From the NCBI GenBank assembly GCA_046596625.1, contig JBKJMH010000044.1, positions 1 through 56,699 of the forward strand: a DNA stretch of 56,699 nt, read 5' to 3'. Below are positions 37,357 to 48,532 of this stretch, one piece after another. The number at the start of each line of letters is the position of its first letter. Position 1 is the first letter of the stretch. Below the pieces are notes generated by a model. The model had not been told where the DNA came from. It saw only the letters and a program-made list of their open reading frames with translations, and searched no databases. The DNA is from Vicinamibacterales bacterium (GTDB lineage: Bacteria; Acidobacteriota; Vicinamibacteria; Vicinamibacterales; CAVVIG01). The translations under genes and the position numbers were made by a program.

Positions 37357-39585
37357 TTAGTCGACGAAAGTGAGGCTTTCGCCGAATTCGGTCGCGTTGA
37401 GCGAGTCCTTGACTCCCTGACTCGCGCCGATGACCTGAACGTCCTCATCGGTCCGCAGCTTCTGCTTCCCGAAGATGAGAGCGCGGATTGCGGCCGGCGT
37501 CAGCGTCTTGAGGTCCTTCACGCGAATGATGAGCGTCTCGGGCTGTGCGGCGATGACTTCCTGCAGCTTGGCCTGCAGAGTCGGCAGTGCCATGTGGTCA
37601 GCATCGCCAGCGAGGGTCAGCGTGGCCACGCCCTTGTCCACCGTGCAGTGGGCGGAGAAGTGGGTCAGTCCTTCGGTCGGCGCGATTCGGACCACGATCT
37701 TCACCTGGCCATCCGCCTCCGGGATGGTGACGGTGAGGTTCGCCGCATCGAAGTCGTTGTATTCTTTGCCGTCAACCGTGACCGACTCGATCTTGATGCT
37801 GCCCTTCGGCAGCATGTCAGGCGCCACGCGCAGAATGTTGTCCTTGAACCCGCCCGGCTTCGGCTTGAAGTGCAGGTCGAGCGGCTGCTTGGTGATCAGC
37901 AGGTTGGTGTAGACCGCCGCCAGGTAGCACAGCTCGAACGAGTGGTAGCCGCTCATCGAGTGGCTGCCCTTGTTGCGTTCGGTGCCAAGCAGGTACGGCA
38001 GGCCGTTGGCCAGCACGTTGAAGTAGACCGCGCCCGAATCGTGGTCGAGGAAGAAGGCGCTGTAGAACGCCGACGACTCGCGCGCCTGCTTGAGGTACTC
38101 CGGCTTCTTCAGCGAGCCGTGCAGGATCAGGTAGGCCAGGATGCCCTGTTCCTGCTGCCACCATGCCTTACGGTCGTGGAAGGCGAAGCGGTGAATCGAC
38201 TGGCCCTCCGGCAGGGCGCGCTCCACAACGTCGTACCAGCCGCCGCGCTGCGGGTCGCCGCCGTGCTTGGGCATAAGACCGGCGATCTTCTCGGCCAGCA
38301 CCACGTAGCTGTCGTCCTGCTTCGCATTCACCATGCGCATCAGATTCCAGGCGATCTTGAGGTTGTGACCGACCACCGCGCGGTTCTGCTGCCAGCCCCA
38401 GGTACGGTCGGCGCTCCAGTCCTCGTGGAACTTCTCCTGGACGAAGGCGCTGTTGTCGTAGTCCGGGAAGCGCGTCGCGATGGTGGTTGCCGTGTCGATG
38501 AGCATCTCGAGGTGCTCGGGTTCGTTCGTCGCCAGCGCCAGGTTGATCAGGTACGCCGGGGCGTGATCGCCGACGGAATTCCAGTTCTTCTTGCCGCAGT
38601 TGCGACCGAGTGACTCGGCCTTCGGATTGAACGTGACCGGGTCGATGTGCGAAAAGTAGCCGCCGCCTTCGTAGTCGCGGTAGTACTTGTTGAACATGTT
38701 CAACGTGCGGTCGATGTCCTTGCGGATCTTCGGGTCGCCGGTGATGCGGAAGGTCTGGGTCGGGCCGGCCAGCGCGTAAATCTGCTCGTAGGCCGGGATG
38801 GCGTCCCAGTCGTCACCAAACTCCGACGACAGCAACTTGCGCTCGTGCGCGGCGGCATTGCTGGAGCGGCGCATGCCGGGCACTTCCGCCATGTCCGAGT
38901 TCAGAACCTTCTTGCCCTTCTGCTCGGCAAAGTCGACGGCGTGGTACCAGTAGCAGGTGTTCTCGACCGTGTCGACCGCGCAGAAGTGCTCGCGCAGGTA
39001 GTCGCTGCCCTTCTCGGCGGCTTCGAGGAAGCGTTCGTCGCCGGTCAACAGGTAGGCCGACGCGAAGCCGAAGATCAGGCGCGAGATGGTATCGGTCTCC
39101 TGGCGGGTCGCTTCGATTTTGCGACCGTAGAGGTCGAGCATCGTGCGGTAGTTGCGGTAGTCGACCGGGCCGTCGCCGAACTGGGCGCGGAAGTAGAAAT
39201 TGCCCAGTTCCTGGATCTGGTGAACCCACCAGTCCGGCTTTTCGAACACGAATTCCGTCGGGCCGCGGCCCACGAACACAATGTGCTGCGCCTCGAGTGC
39301 CATCGGCACGTCGGGGTAGAACACACCGTACGAGTATAGGAACCGGCCGGTCTGCAGCATGTCGCGCATCTGCCCGGTGCAGTCGATATACGACTCTCCG
39401 AGGTTGCGCGCCAGCTCGGCGTAGCACGCGCCCGAGTAGCGAATCTGGAATTCCCGGCCATCCGACGTGGCCACGCGGAAGCCGTTACGGTCGGCATCCA
39501 CGCCGGTGACGTAGCCGGCAACCGTATCCGAGAATGCAAACCCTGTCCCTGTCGTCGTATCCGAAAGCGAGTTCTTCACGTCCAT
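37357..39585 (-). CDS. N-acylglucosamine-2-epimerase (AGE)-superfamily (alpha/alpha)6 protein with a beta-sandwich and a C-terminal STAS domain
   Basis: The AGE-type features are ISRLIFGFASAYLLTGDERFLEAAEKGSDYL, GGYFSHID and VGHNLKIAWNLMRM (the GH..E/K.aW pattern). The C-terminal roughly 100 aa are STAS-like (VATLTLAGDADHMALPTLQAKLQEVIAAQPETLIIRVKDLKTLTPAAIRALIF). Confidence 0.6.
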   Translation of the reverse strand: MDVKNSLSDTTTGTGFAFSDTVAGYVTGVDADRNGFRVATSDGREFQIRYSGACYAELARNLGESYIDCTGQMRDMLQTGRFLYSYGVFYPDVPMALEAQHIVFVGRGPTEFVFEKPDWWVHQIQELGNFYFRAQFGDGPVDYRNYRTMLDLYGRKIEATRQETDTISRLIFGFASAYLLTGDERFLEAAEKGSDYLREHFCAVDTVENTCYWYHAVDFAEQKGKKVLNSDMAEVPGMRRSSNAAAHERKLLSSEFGDDWDAIPAYEQIYALAGPTQTFRITGDPKIRKDIDRTLNMFNKYYRDYEGGGYFSHIDPVTFNPKAESLGRNCGKKNWNSVGDHAPAYLINLALATNEPEHLEMLIDTATTIATRFPDYDNSAFVQEKFHEDWSADRTWGWQQNRAVVGHNLKIAWNLMRMVNAKQDDSYVVLAEKIAGLMPKHGGDPQRGGWYDVVERALPEGQSIHRFAFHDRKAWWQQEQGILAYLILHGSLKKPEYLKQARESSAFYSAFFLDHDSGAVYFNVLANGLPYLLGTERNKGSHSMSGYHSFELCYLAAVYTNLLITKQPLDLHFKPKPGGFKDNILRVAPDMLPKGSIKIESVTVDGKEYNDFDAANLTVTIPEADGQVKIVVRIAPTEGLTHFSAHCTVDKGVATLTLAGDADHMALPTLQAKLQEVIAAQPETLIIRVKDLKTLTPAAIRALIFGKQKLRTDEDVQVIGASQGVKDSLNATEFGESLTFVD

Positions 39586-39625
39586 CTCTTGGCGCTCCTT
39601 GGTCCAAAGGGTGCAATTCCCGTTG

Positions 39626-41767
<2,142 letters not shown>

Positions 41768-42121
41768 CCTGCTCCTCCACCCGTTAGGGTTCCAGCCGAA
41801 CCCTCACTCTGACAGCGTGCCCCCGTCGATCTGGGGTCCACCTTGTCTCTGTCGAATATCCGTCCAATCGCCGAATCCACTCTGCACACGCGCCCGACCA
41901 GCGTCTTGCCCCGCCCCGCTCCGTGTCGGGCAGGAATTGCCGATCGGCGCCTCCGGCGGCCGGCCGCCGAGCGACATCCTACATCTGGTGGACCCGAACG
42001 GCCGTGCAGGAATGACCCGCTTCAGAGTAGTAGTGACGACAAGGGCATGCTGACGTCCGAAGCCGCGACGCAGGCGCAGAGTCCGTCGGTCCGTCAGGGC
42101 AGTTGATATTTGGGAGGCGGG

Positions 42122-42427
42122 CTACTCGACAGACTCCGCGGTTTCGTCGGCCGCGATACGCAGCGAGCGCAGAAACCGGCGATCATTTGCGGTGACCTCG
42201 AATCCGCGCCCGCCCCGAAGGGTGCGCGCTGCAGCGGGCACACTCGTAAGCGCCTGCGACTGGTGTCCGCGGCTCGCGAATCCGACGACCGCTTCGAGCG
42301 TGACCTTCATGTCGAAGCCCGCCGCTCGCGCCCGCTCGCGGCACGCCTCGACCTGCGGACTCCCCGCTACGGCCGCGGCAATCACGTCGGCCAGTTCCCT
42401 GGCAAACCGGTTCACGACGTCGTCCAT
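42122..42427 (-). CDS. Small hypothetical protein
   Basis: The ATG at 42425-42427 is preceded by AGGAGG (minus strand). Sequence: MDDVVNRFARELADVIAAAVAGS... I recognise no family. Confidence 0.4.
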   Translation of the reverse strand: MDDVVNRFARELADVIAAAVAGSPQVEACRERARAAGFDMKVTLEAVVGFASRGHQSQALTSVPAAARTLRGGRGFEVTANDRRFLRSLRIAADETAESVE

Positions 42428-42667
42428 ATTCGTTCCTCCTACGCCACCGGTTGGATCGGGCGAGCGGCGCCTAGCAAGGATCCGAGCCACAGGTTTGAGC
42501 GGCACGGAACGCGGCTGCCTGAGCCTCGGGCTTGGTCGAGTCGAGTAGCCGAGTTTAGGGACGGATCCGTGGTTGTGTCAAGGACTTACAGCCACGGTCC
42601 TTCTCAGCCTCGCGCGACAAGAAAGCGACCCCTGACCTGGAACCGGCAGTCCTGCCAGGGGTCGACG

Positions 42668-43273
42668 TCAGCGAGGCTGCCTTTCGATCTCGGCGACGAA
42701 GGTCTCCATAAACCGATCGACCATCCCGGGATGCTTCCCGGATATGAGGTCGCCATCAATCACCAGTTCGGCCGTCACATCGTTGTCGTACACGACTTCG
42801 GCACCCGCGTTTTCGACATCGCAGACGATGTTGTGTGCGCAGGTGACTCTGCGGCCCTTGAGCAGGTCCGGATCGGCGCAGAAGAGCCAGAGCGAATGGC
42901 AAATCGTGCCCAACTTCACGCCCTTGGTCGCTTCGGCAGCGCGCAGGAAGGCGACCGCCGGAGCGTTGTTCCTCTGTCCCTTCTTGACGTTGACCTGATA
43001 GCGGAGGCGGTCCATGGCATAGGCGCCGATAGCGATGATGCCCTTGTAGTCCGAGGGGCTGACGTCATTGACCTCAGTGGATACCGTCACTTCGGCACCG
43101 ACGACACCATTCTCGGGGTTGGCGCCGAAACGCAACTCCTTGTTACCCCACAGGTGACTGATGTACTCGACCTCGTAGCCGCGGGTCGGGAAGTACTCGT
43201 TGAACCGCTTGAATTCCGTCAGATCGAAATGCTCCTCGATGAGCACGCCAATCTTTCCCCTTGTTGCCATCAC
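42668..43273 (-). CDS. DJ-1/PfpI-family protein
   Basis: KIGVLIEEHFDLTEF..., nucleophile elbow GTICHSLWLF, and ...RVTCAHNI. Confidence 0.75.
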   Translation of the reverse strand: MMATRGKIGVLIEEHFDLTEFKRFNEYFPTRGYEVEYISHLWGNKELRFGANPENGVVGAEVTVSTEVNDVSPSDYKGIIAIGAYAMDRLRYQVNVKKGQRNNAPAVAFLRAAEATKGVKLGTICHSLWLFCADPDLLKGRRVTCAHNIVCDVENAGAEVVYDNDVTAELVIDGDLISGKHPGMVDRFMETFVAEIERQPR

Positions 43274-43280
43274 GAACTCC

Positions 43281-43847
43281 CTAACTGGTGATCAGCGTGA
43301 GGAGTTCGTCTGGTGCGAACACGTCACGATAGAAGGTCAGTTGCTCGCCCTTGTAGTAACAGGCACCCCGGTGGCCTCGTCGCACCCAGGACACGCTTCC
43401 CTTGGCGATGGTTTCGCCAGTCGTCATGTCGAGGCAGGCCCACTCGAACCAGACGAACTCGCCGGAGAACATCACCACTGGCCAGGTCATGCGGACCCCG
43501 GGCTGGGCAATGAGCGCCCACCAGTGCTGCTCGCGCGGCTTCTGCTCATCGATGCCGTAGTACGGGCCGTCCTGGCAGTGATAGACCAGGTCGTCGCGGT
43601 ACTCACCGGTCAGGAGGTCGCCGCGGCCCTGCCGCAGCGCCTCGCAGTGGGTCGGCCACCAGGCCTTGTTCTCGGCTTCGATCTGCCGCATCGTGTAGTC
43701 GGGTCCGATCGTCGGAAGCGTCGCCTGCTTCTGCGCGATGAACGTGGCGGCGTCGTCGAGCAGCCGTTTCGCCAGATCCGGTGCAACCGGTTCCGGACGG
43801 GAATAGTCCGCCGTCAGATCTTTATAGAAATTCACTCGTTTTCGCAT
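43281..43847 (-). CDS. Hypothetical protein, probably NTF2-like fold
   Basis: The C-terminal beta-sheet pattern GEFVWFEWACLDMTTGETIAKGSVSWVRR...GEQLTFYRDVF resembles SnoaL/NTF2 cones. The N-terminal 60 aa are not assigned. Confidence 0.4.
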   Translation of the reverse strand: MRKRVNFYKDLTADYSRPEPVAPDLAKRLLDDAATFIAQKQATLPTIGPDYTMRQIEAENKAWWPTHCEALRQGRGDLLTGEYRDDLVYHCQDGPYYGIDEQKPREQHWWALIAQPGVRMTWPVVMFSGEFVWFEWACLDMTTGETIAKGSVSWVRRGHRGACYYKGEQLTFYRDVFAPDELLTLITS

Positions 43848-43884
43848 CTGTCACGTCCCTCTTGTAAGTGGTGATCGCTGCGCG

Positions 43885-44463
43885 CTACGGTGCGGACTGA
43901 TCGTCGGAGACCGCTTCGACGTCGATGGCGATCGTCACAGCATTGCCGACCACGAGACCGCCCTTTTCGATAATCGCACTCCAGGTTATGCCGAAGTCCT
44001 GACGATTGATCGCAGCAGTGGCGACGAAGCCGGCGCGCGTCCGAATACCTTTGTTCACGCCGTCCTCCACCCACGGGGTCCGCCACTCGCCGAGATAGCG
44101 GACCTGCAGCATGGTCGGGCGCGTGATGCCCCGTATCGTCAACTCCCCGGCGACAGCGTACTCATTCTCACTGAACACCGTAACCTGATCGCCGCGAAAC
44201 GTGATCTCGGGATACCGCTCCACGTCCAGAAAATCGACGCTGCGCAAATGCGCGTCGCGCGCCGCTTCCCCGGTCCAGAGACTGCGTGTGTCGATGGTGA
44301 CTTCGGTCGACGATTGGACAGGATCGTCCGGGTCGAACGTCATCGAGCCGCGCACGTCCTTGAAGTGTCCGCGGATGTTGGTGACCATCATGTGCCGCGC
44401 CGAGAACTCCGCGGCGGTGTGTCCAGGAACAAACGTCCATTTCGCCATAGTCATCGTGCTCAA
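43885..44463 (-). CDS. YceI-family polyisoprenoid-binding protein
   Basis: WTFVPGHTAAEFSARHMMVTNIRGHFKDVRGSMTFD...DAHLRS.DFLDVERYPEITF. Confidence 0.8.
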   Translation of the reverse strand: MSTMTMAKWTFVPGHTAAEFSARHMMVTNIRGHFKDVRGSMTFDPDDPVQSSTEVTIDTRSLWTGEAARDAHLRSVDFLDVERYPEITFRGDQVTVFSENEYAVAGELTIRGITRPTMLQVRYLGEWRTPWVEDGVNKGIRTRAGFVATAAINRQDFGITWSAIIEKGGLVVGNAVTIAIDVEAVSDDQSAP

Positions 44464-44516
44464 GGCTGCCAGCGTGCAATCCGAACGGCCGAATGGGAGT
44501 CAGGCTCGGTCGCGCC

Positions 44517-45422
44517 TCACACGCTGGCACCTTTCCCGAGCATCAAGCCTCGAATGTCATCGCGCAGCTGATTGGTCGCGCCGATCCTGGTGATCAATTC
44601 GGCCACCGTGGAGCTTCGCTCCCCCGCCATTGTCATCTGCCCGTCATACACGAACGCGAAGGCGCTTCGCTCGGGGAAGGCGCTGATTTGCTGCACGAAG
44701 TCGGCCTGGCCCTTCACCGCCTCAGCGTAGGCCGGTGACTGGAAAAACGCTTCCATGGCCAGGTGATCGGCGAATGCAATTTCGAAGGCGGCCTGATAAG
44801 ACTCCTCGGCCGGTTCGCTGTGCGCGACGCCGGCGGCGTCGGGCCGACTCGCGTCAACCTCCTCGAACAGGTGAAGTCGGAATTTGAGGACGTGCTCGCT
44901 GGCCGCGATCGGCGGCGCGAACACCTGTGTCAGGTAGTTACGGAACTCCTGCGTGCCGGCGGCCGACTTCTTCACCATCACATGGAGCTTGAGCACGCCG
45001 ACCGGGCCGTTGGGCGCGCCATTCGGAATCCGATCGATGTGGGTGCGGGAATTGCCGTCGCTGGTGTTGTAGCCTATCGCCTTGCGAAACAGGTTGTGCT
45101 CGTCGTCCATGAGGATGCCGGCAGCCTGGAACCAGATGGTCCTCTCCCGATCAGAGTTGAACGTCAGCTCCGCAATCCCGTCGAACTGACTTTCCTCGGA
45201 GCCGTCGTATCGGATCCCCGGCAACTGCGGCCAAAGGCCGCCCTGGTCATGGGCGACGTGCAACTGCCAGTACTGGAACTGTCCGGGGAGTCGAGCACAG
45301 ACCGGACCGTGCACGTTGCGCCAGTAGTCGTCGAACAACTGAAGAGAGATTCCCTTGCGTTTCCAGAGCAGCACGTAGAACACCACCCGGCCGTCCTGAT
45401 CTCTTCTTGAATAGTCAGTCAT
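44517..45422 (-). CDS. Tandem EthD-domain (dimeric alpha-beta barrel) protein
   Basis: Two halves each have the EthD pattern (VFYVLLWKRKGISLQLFDDYWRNVHGP...; LKLHVMVKKSAAGTQEFRNYLTQVFAP...). GGGAGG lies before the ATG. Confidence 0.6.
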   Translation of the reverse strand: MTDYSRRDQDGRVVFYVLLWKRKGISLQLFDDYWRNVHGPVCARLPGQFQYWQLHVAHDQGGLWPQLPGIRYDGSEESQFDGIAELTFNSDRERTIWFQAAGILMDDEHNLFRKAIGYNTSDGNSRTHIDRIPNGAPNGPVGVLKLHVMVKKSAAGTQEFRNYLTQVFAPPIAASEHVLKFRLHLFEEVDASRPDAAGVAHSEPAEESYQAAFEIAFADHLAMEAFFQSPAYAEAVKGQADFVQQISAFPERSAFAFVYDGQMTMAGERSSTVAELITRIGATNQLRDDIRGLMLGKGASV

Positions 45423-45726
45423 CTCGCGTCAACCTCCCATCGTTCACCTCGCGCTGCTCCCGGTCTGCAACCGGCGTCGCGGTGCGAGGTGCCTTTCATG
45501 CGTTGCCTGAGTGCCTCGCATTCTAAATCACCCGCAGCCCCATTCGCGTACCAAAGCCATCTGGTATGGAGGCGAATGCGCTCCGACACTGACGGGGATC
45601 TGCGGCAGAATTGCGATCACCAGCTGAGAGCTTCCAGCCGCGCTGTTTGTGGATATACTGGCGACTTCATCACGAGGCCGAGCTGTTTAGACCTGCTGTG
45701 GTACTTGTGCAATCCTGGAGCACAAC

Positions 45727-46545
45727 ATGACACACGACTTCGGATCGCAGTTGGCGTCCCTGCAAGGGGGCAAAGGGCTTGGTCACAGGTTGCAGGGCGT
45801 GCAACATGTCGGCGTCACCGTTGATGACATGGCCAAGTCGCTGGAATTCTACGTAGGGGTCCTCGGCGGTCGCGTTGCTGCCATGGGCACCGGCTTCTAT
45901 GGCGACGTCCTTTACAACACACTGTTCGAAAAGGAAGGAATTGACGCCTTCCAGAACAATGCGAGTCCGCGCTCACTGGGCATCCCCGACATCAGGGACG
46001 GCTCGAAGGAAGCACTCGACGTCTGTTTCATTTCGTTCGGGAACACGAGCGTCGAGTTGCTCCATTTCCGTGATGCCCGCCTCGATCCTACGGCGCCGAA
46101 CATTTTCCCCAAACTGCCAAGCGGCGTCGGGTACGGCAACGCCGGGCACATTTCCTTCCACGTCAAGGACGATGTCGACCTCAACGTCTTCGCCCGCGAA
46201 CTCGAGGAGGAATGCCAACGCCGCGAAATCCGCAACGTCGTGTGCAACCGGGTGGTGACAGTCCAGTCGCACGCGGAGCGTCTGAGTCTGCCTCTGAAGT
46301 ACGCCGCCAACAAGTTCTGGAACGAGCCGGAATACTTCATCGACGGCTACTCCGACTCGAACTTCGGCGACTTCCACGGCTGGTCGCTGTTCTACGTCAA
46401 AGGGCCAAACGGCGAACAGCTCGAGTTCAACCAGGTCACTCGCGACATCAAGGCCAGCTTCGACCAGGCGCGGGCGAAGTACAACGCGGACAACAACACG
46501 GACTTCGCCGCTCCGCAACCACGCAAGACAACAGTCGAGAAATAG
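45727..46545 (+). CDS. VOC (glyoxalase/bleomycin-resistance/dioxygenase) superfamily protein
   Basis: LQGVQHVGVTVDDMAKSLEFYVGVLGG, ...SVELLHF, GHISFHVKD and GPNGEQLEF. Confidence 0.7.
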   Translation: MTHDFGSQLASLQGGKGLGHRLQGVQHVGVTVDDMAKSLEFYVGVLGGRVAAMGTGFYGDVLYNTLFEKEGIDAFQNNASPRSLGIPDIRDGSKEALDVCFISFGNTSVELLHFRDARLDPTAPNIFPKLPSGVGYGNAGHISFHVKDDVDLNVFARELEEECQRREIRNVVCNRVVTVQSHAERLSLPLKYAANKFWNEPEYFIDGYSDSNFGDFHGWSLFYVKGPNGEQLEFNQVTRDIKASFDQARAKYNADNNTDFAAPQPRKTTVEK

Positions 46546-46554
46546 GAGAAACCG

Positions 46555-46941
46555 ATGGCAGCAGCCAGACCTGAAGGTGCTAACAGTCAGCTCGTGCGGC
46601 AGATGTTCCAGGCCGGCGAATCGATGAATGTCAACAATTTCGCCGCGTTCTACGCCGAAGGCGCGCTCTATCAGTTCGGAAACTTTCCTGTCGCCCACGG
46701 CCCGCAAGGCATCGTCAACGCGTCCGACGGGTTCCTGCAGAAGGTCAAGAAGGTCGTTCACTACATCGAGAACATCTGGGAAATCGACGATGAGACGCTC
46801 GTCGTCGAGATGACCGTCAAGTACGACCGGCATGACGGAAAGTCCTTCACGCTGCCTTGCTGCGACACGGTCCGCGTCCGCGACGGGAAGGTTCAGTCTC
46901 TGAAGATCTTCATGGACATCACGCCGGTATTTGGCGACTAG
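46555..46941 (+). CDS. NTF2-fold protein, limonene-1,2-epoxide-hydrolase-like family (paralog 1 of 4)
   Basis: FYAEGALYQFGNFPVAHGPQGI...LVVEMTVKYDRHDGKSFTLPCCDTVRVRDGKVQSLKIFMDITPVF. The Y.FGN(F/Y)P..G and PC(V/C)D(V/T) motifs are shared with three other genes in this window. Confidence 0.6.
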   Translation: MAAARPEGANSQLVRQMFQAGESMNVNNFAAFYAEGALYQFGNFPVAHGPQGIVNASDGFLQKVKKVVHYIENIWEIDDETLVVEMTVKYDRHDGKSFTLPCCDTVRVRDGKVQSLKIFMDITPVFGD

Positions 46942-46980
46942 CCACCGCAGGGCCTGAGCCGCGGCGGCTCCCGCTGGCTG

Positions 46981-47499
46981 TCAATGCGTGGCGGGCCGCT
47001 CCGCAGCGGAGTGAGGACCAGATCGATGGGCGCCTACTGAGTAGGCGCCACTTTCTTCCAGTTGCTTGAACACCGCCATCGCACGAGCGGTGTCGCCGTG
47101 ATTCGAGTAAATCCGCCCCAGCGCGAATTGCGCCAGAGGCTTCATCAGCACGTCGCCCTCGGCGATGAGTGCATTCAGGTGCTCCTTGGAGCGATCGGTG
47201 CGGCCGAGATTCTCCTCACTGATCGCCATGTAGTAGCGGGCGAGCCTGGCTTCGGGTGACGCCGGATAGCGGGCACGAATTATCTGCGCCTCAATGAGCA
47301 GTTCTTCGAACCCTTCACGGCGATGTGCGACGGTCTCAAACCGATCGATGAGTTCGGACATTCGGGCCTGCGCCTGCGATTCCCGTTGCAACGCTGAGGA
47401 ATATCTCCACGCTCCGCCCCCGACCCCCACCACAAGCAGCGCCATCACGAACAAGAGCGCCCTGCGCCGCCCGCCGATTAGCCGTACCAGTCTCTGCAT
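46981..47499 (-). CDS. Membrane-anchored TPR-like (YfgM-like) protein
   Basis: MQRLVRLIGGRRRALLFVMALLVVGVGGG (N-terminal anchor) is followed by helical repeats (ARYYMAISEENLGR..., AQFALGRIYSNHGDTARAMAVFKQL). The start is set at 47499 to avoid overlap with the upstream gene. Confidence 0.5.
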   Translation of the reverse strand: MQRLVRLIGGRRRALLFVMALLVVGVGGGAWRYSSALQRESQAQARMSELIDRFETVAHRREGFEELLIEAQIIRARYPASPEARLARYYMAISEENLGRTDRSKEHLNALIAEGDVLMKPLAQFALGRIYSNHGDTARAMAVFKQLEESGAYSVGAHRSGPHSAAERPATH

Positions 47500-47522
47500 C
47501 AGCACTCCTCGGACCCGCTTGC

Positions 47523-48515
47523 TCACTTCCCGGAAATGGTGTCGCGCATCAGCCCGATGCAACGCTGCAACGCCGCATTGTCAGGAATCTTCTTGTACTT
47601 CGCGATGATTTGCGCCACGCGCGAATCAACGCATGGATCGACGCCGTAGACGTTCTTGGGGTACGAGGACAGGCGGAAGGTGAGCCCGTCGAGCGCGACG
47701 TTGGTCAGGCGCCGCGCGCTGTCGTACTGGACGCTGTAACTGGTCGGATAGTAGCCGCTCACCGGATACGCCTCCGGCAATTTCAACTTGGCGGAGAACG
47801 ATGGCTTGCTTTCGAAGTACGCCTTCGTGATCATCGGCTCCCAGAACAGGATGTTGCCTCCGTGAGCACCGATCAGGAAGATGTTGGCGAACTTCCCAGG
47901 CTTCAGTTCCGGCGACGTCATGTCCGCGTAGTGGGAACCCATTCGCGGCTCGGCGGTATTGGGTGCCAGCTGATAGTCGGGCGGAAGGAACTGACTCGGT
48001 GGCTCCAGGTTCGAGGTCTTCAGGTGCGTCGGATCGGCATCCTGCAGATCCACCATGATCGCATGGCGGTATTCCGTCGTCGCCATGTAGAAGTGCACGT
48101 CGAAGTGAGCGGACGTGAATATGCCCTTGGGCCCGTGCCCATCAGGATTCCAATTGAACCCCATGTGGTTGAAGGCCGTTTCCGCTGCCTCGGGCGGGAA
48201 CTTCACCTCGTACTCGAAGGTGTGGTTCGGCCCGCCGTCCATCAGGCGCATCTTCGTCGAACCGGCCTGCGCCGAATCGGTATCGCCGGGCAGCCCGGTG
48301 AGAGCCTGGTCCGTCAGCGTCACGCCGAGGCTCCGCGGCTCGCGAGTCGTGGCATCAACGGCCAGCCATGTGCGCACCACGCCGTTGCCAATTGCTCGCT
48401 CTTCGCCGGCGATCATGCGCAGGGGGTTCGACTGCGCGGTCGACGTTCGCTCCAGCGCGAGAAGGCCGCAGCTGACGACCGCCAGCAAGCCGATAGACCA
48501 TGTGTGCTTCTTCAC
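47523..48515 (-). CDS. Exported hypothetical protein (possibly DUF5602/TTHB210-like)
   Basis: Signal peptide MKKHTWSIGLLAVVSCGLLALERTSTAQ and a SAHFDVHFYM motif. The family assignment is from memory only. Confidence 0.45.
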   Translation of the reverse strand: MKKHTWSIGLLAVVSCGLLALERTSTAQSNPLRMIAGEERAIGNGVVRTWLAVDATTREPRSLGVTLTDQALTGLPGDTDSAQAGSTKMRLMDGGPNHTFEYEVKFPPEAAETAFNHMGFNWNPDGHGPKGIFTSAHFDVHFYMATTEYRHAIMVDLQDADPTHLKTSNLEPPSQFLPPDYQLAPNTAEPRMGSHYADMTSPELKPGKFANIFLIGAHGGNILFWEPMITKAYFESKPSFSAKLKLPEAYPVSGYYPTSYSVQYDSARRLTNVALDGLTFRLSSYPKNVYGVDPCVDSRVAQIIAKYKKIPDNAALQRCIGLMRDTISGK

Positions 48516-48532
48516 GCTTTATCTCCTCGCGG

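Noticed and set aside
41768-42121. Possible small RNA or tRNA in the 350-nt gap upstream of glgX, including the AGGGTTC-cagcc-GAACCCT hairpin at about 41793-41811.
   Set aside because: This is only a short 7-bp hairpin in the probable glgX 5'-UTR. It has no tRNA-like arms and no terminator, and I recognise no conserved motif. That is insufficient to call an RNA gene.
45489-45824. 111-aa ORF in the EthD/VOC divergent spacer.
   Set aside because: It has no ribosome-binding site, has Cys/Arg-rich atypical composition, and overlaps the VOC gene start. It is more likely non-coding promoter/UTR DNA.
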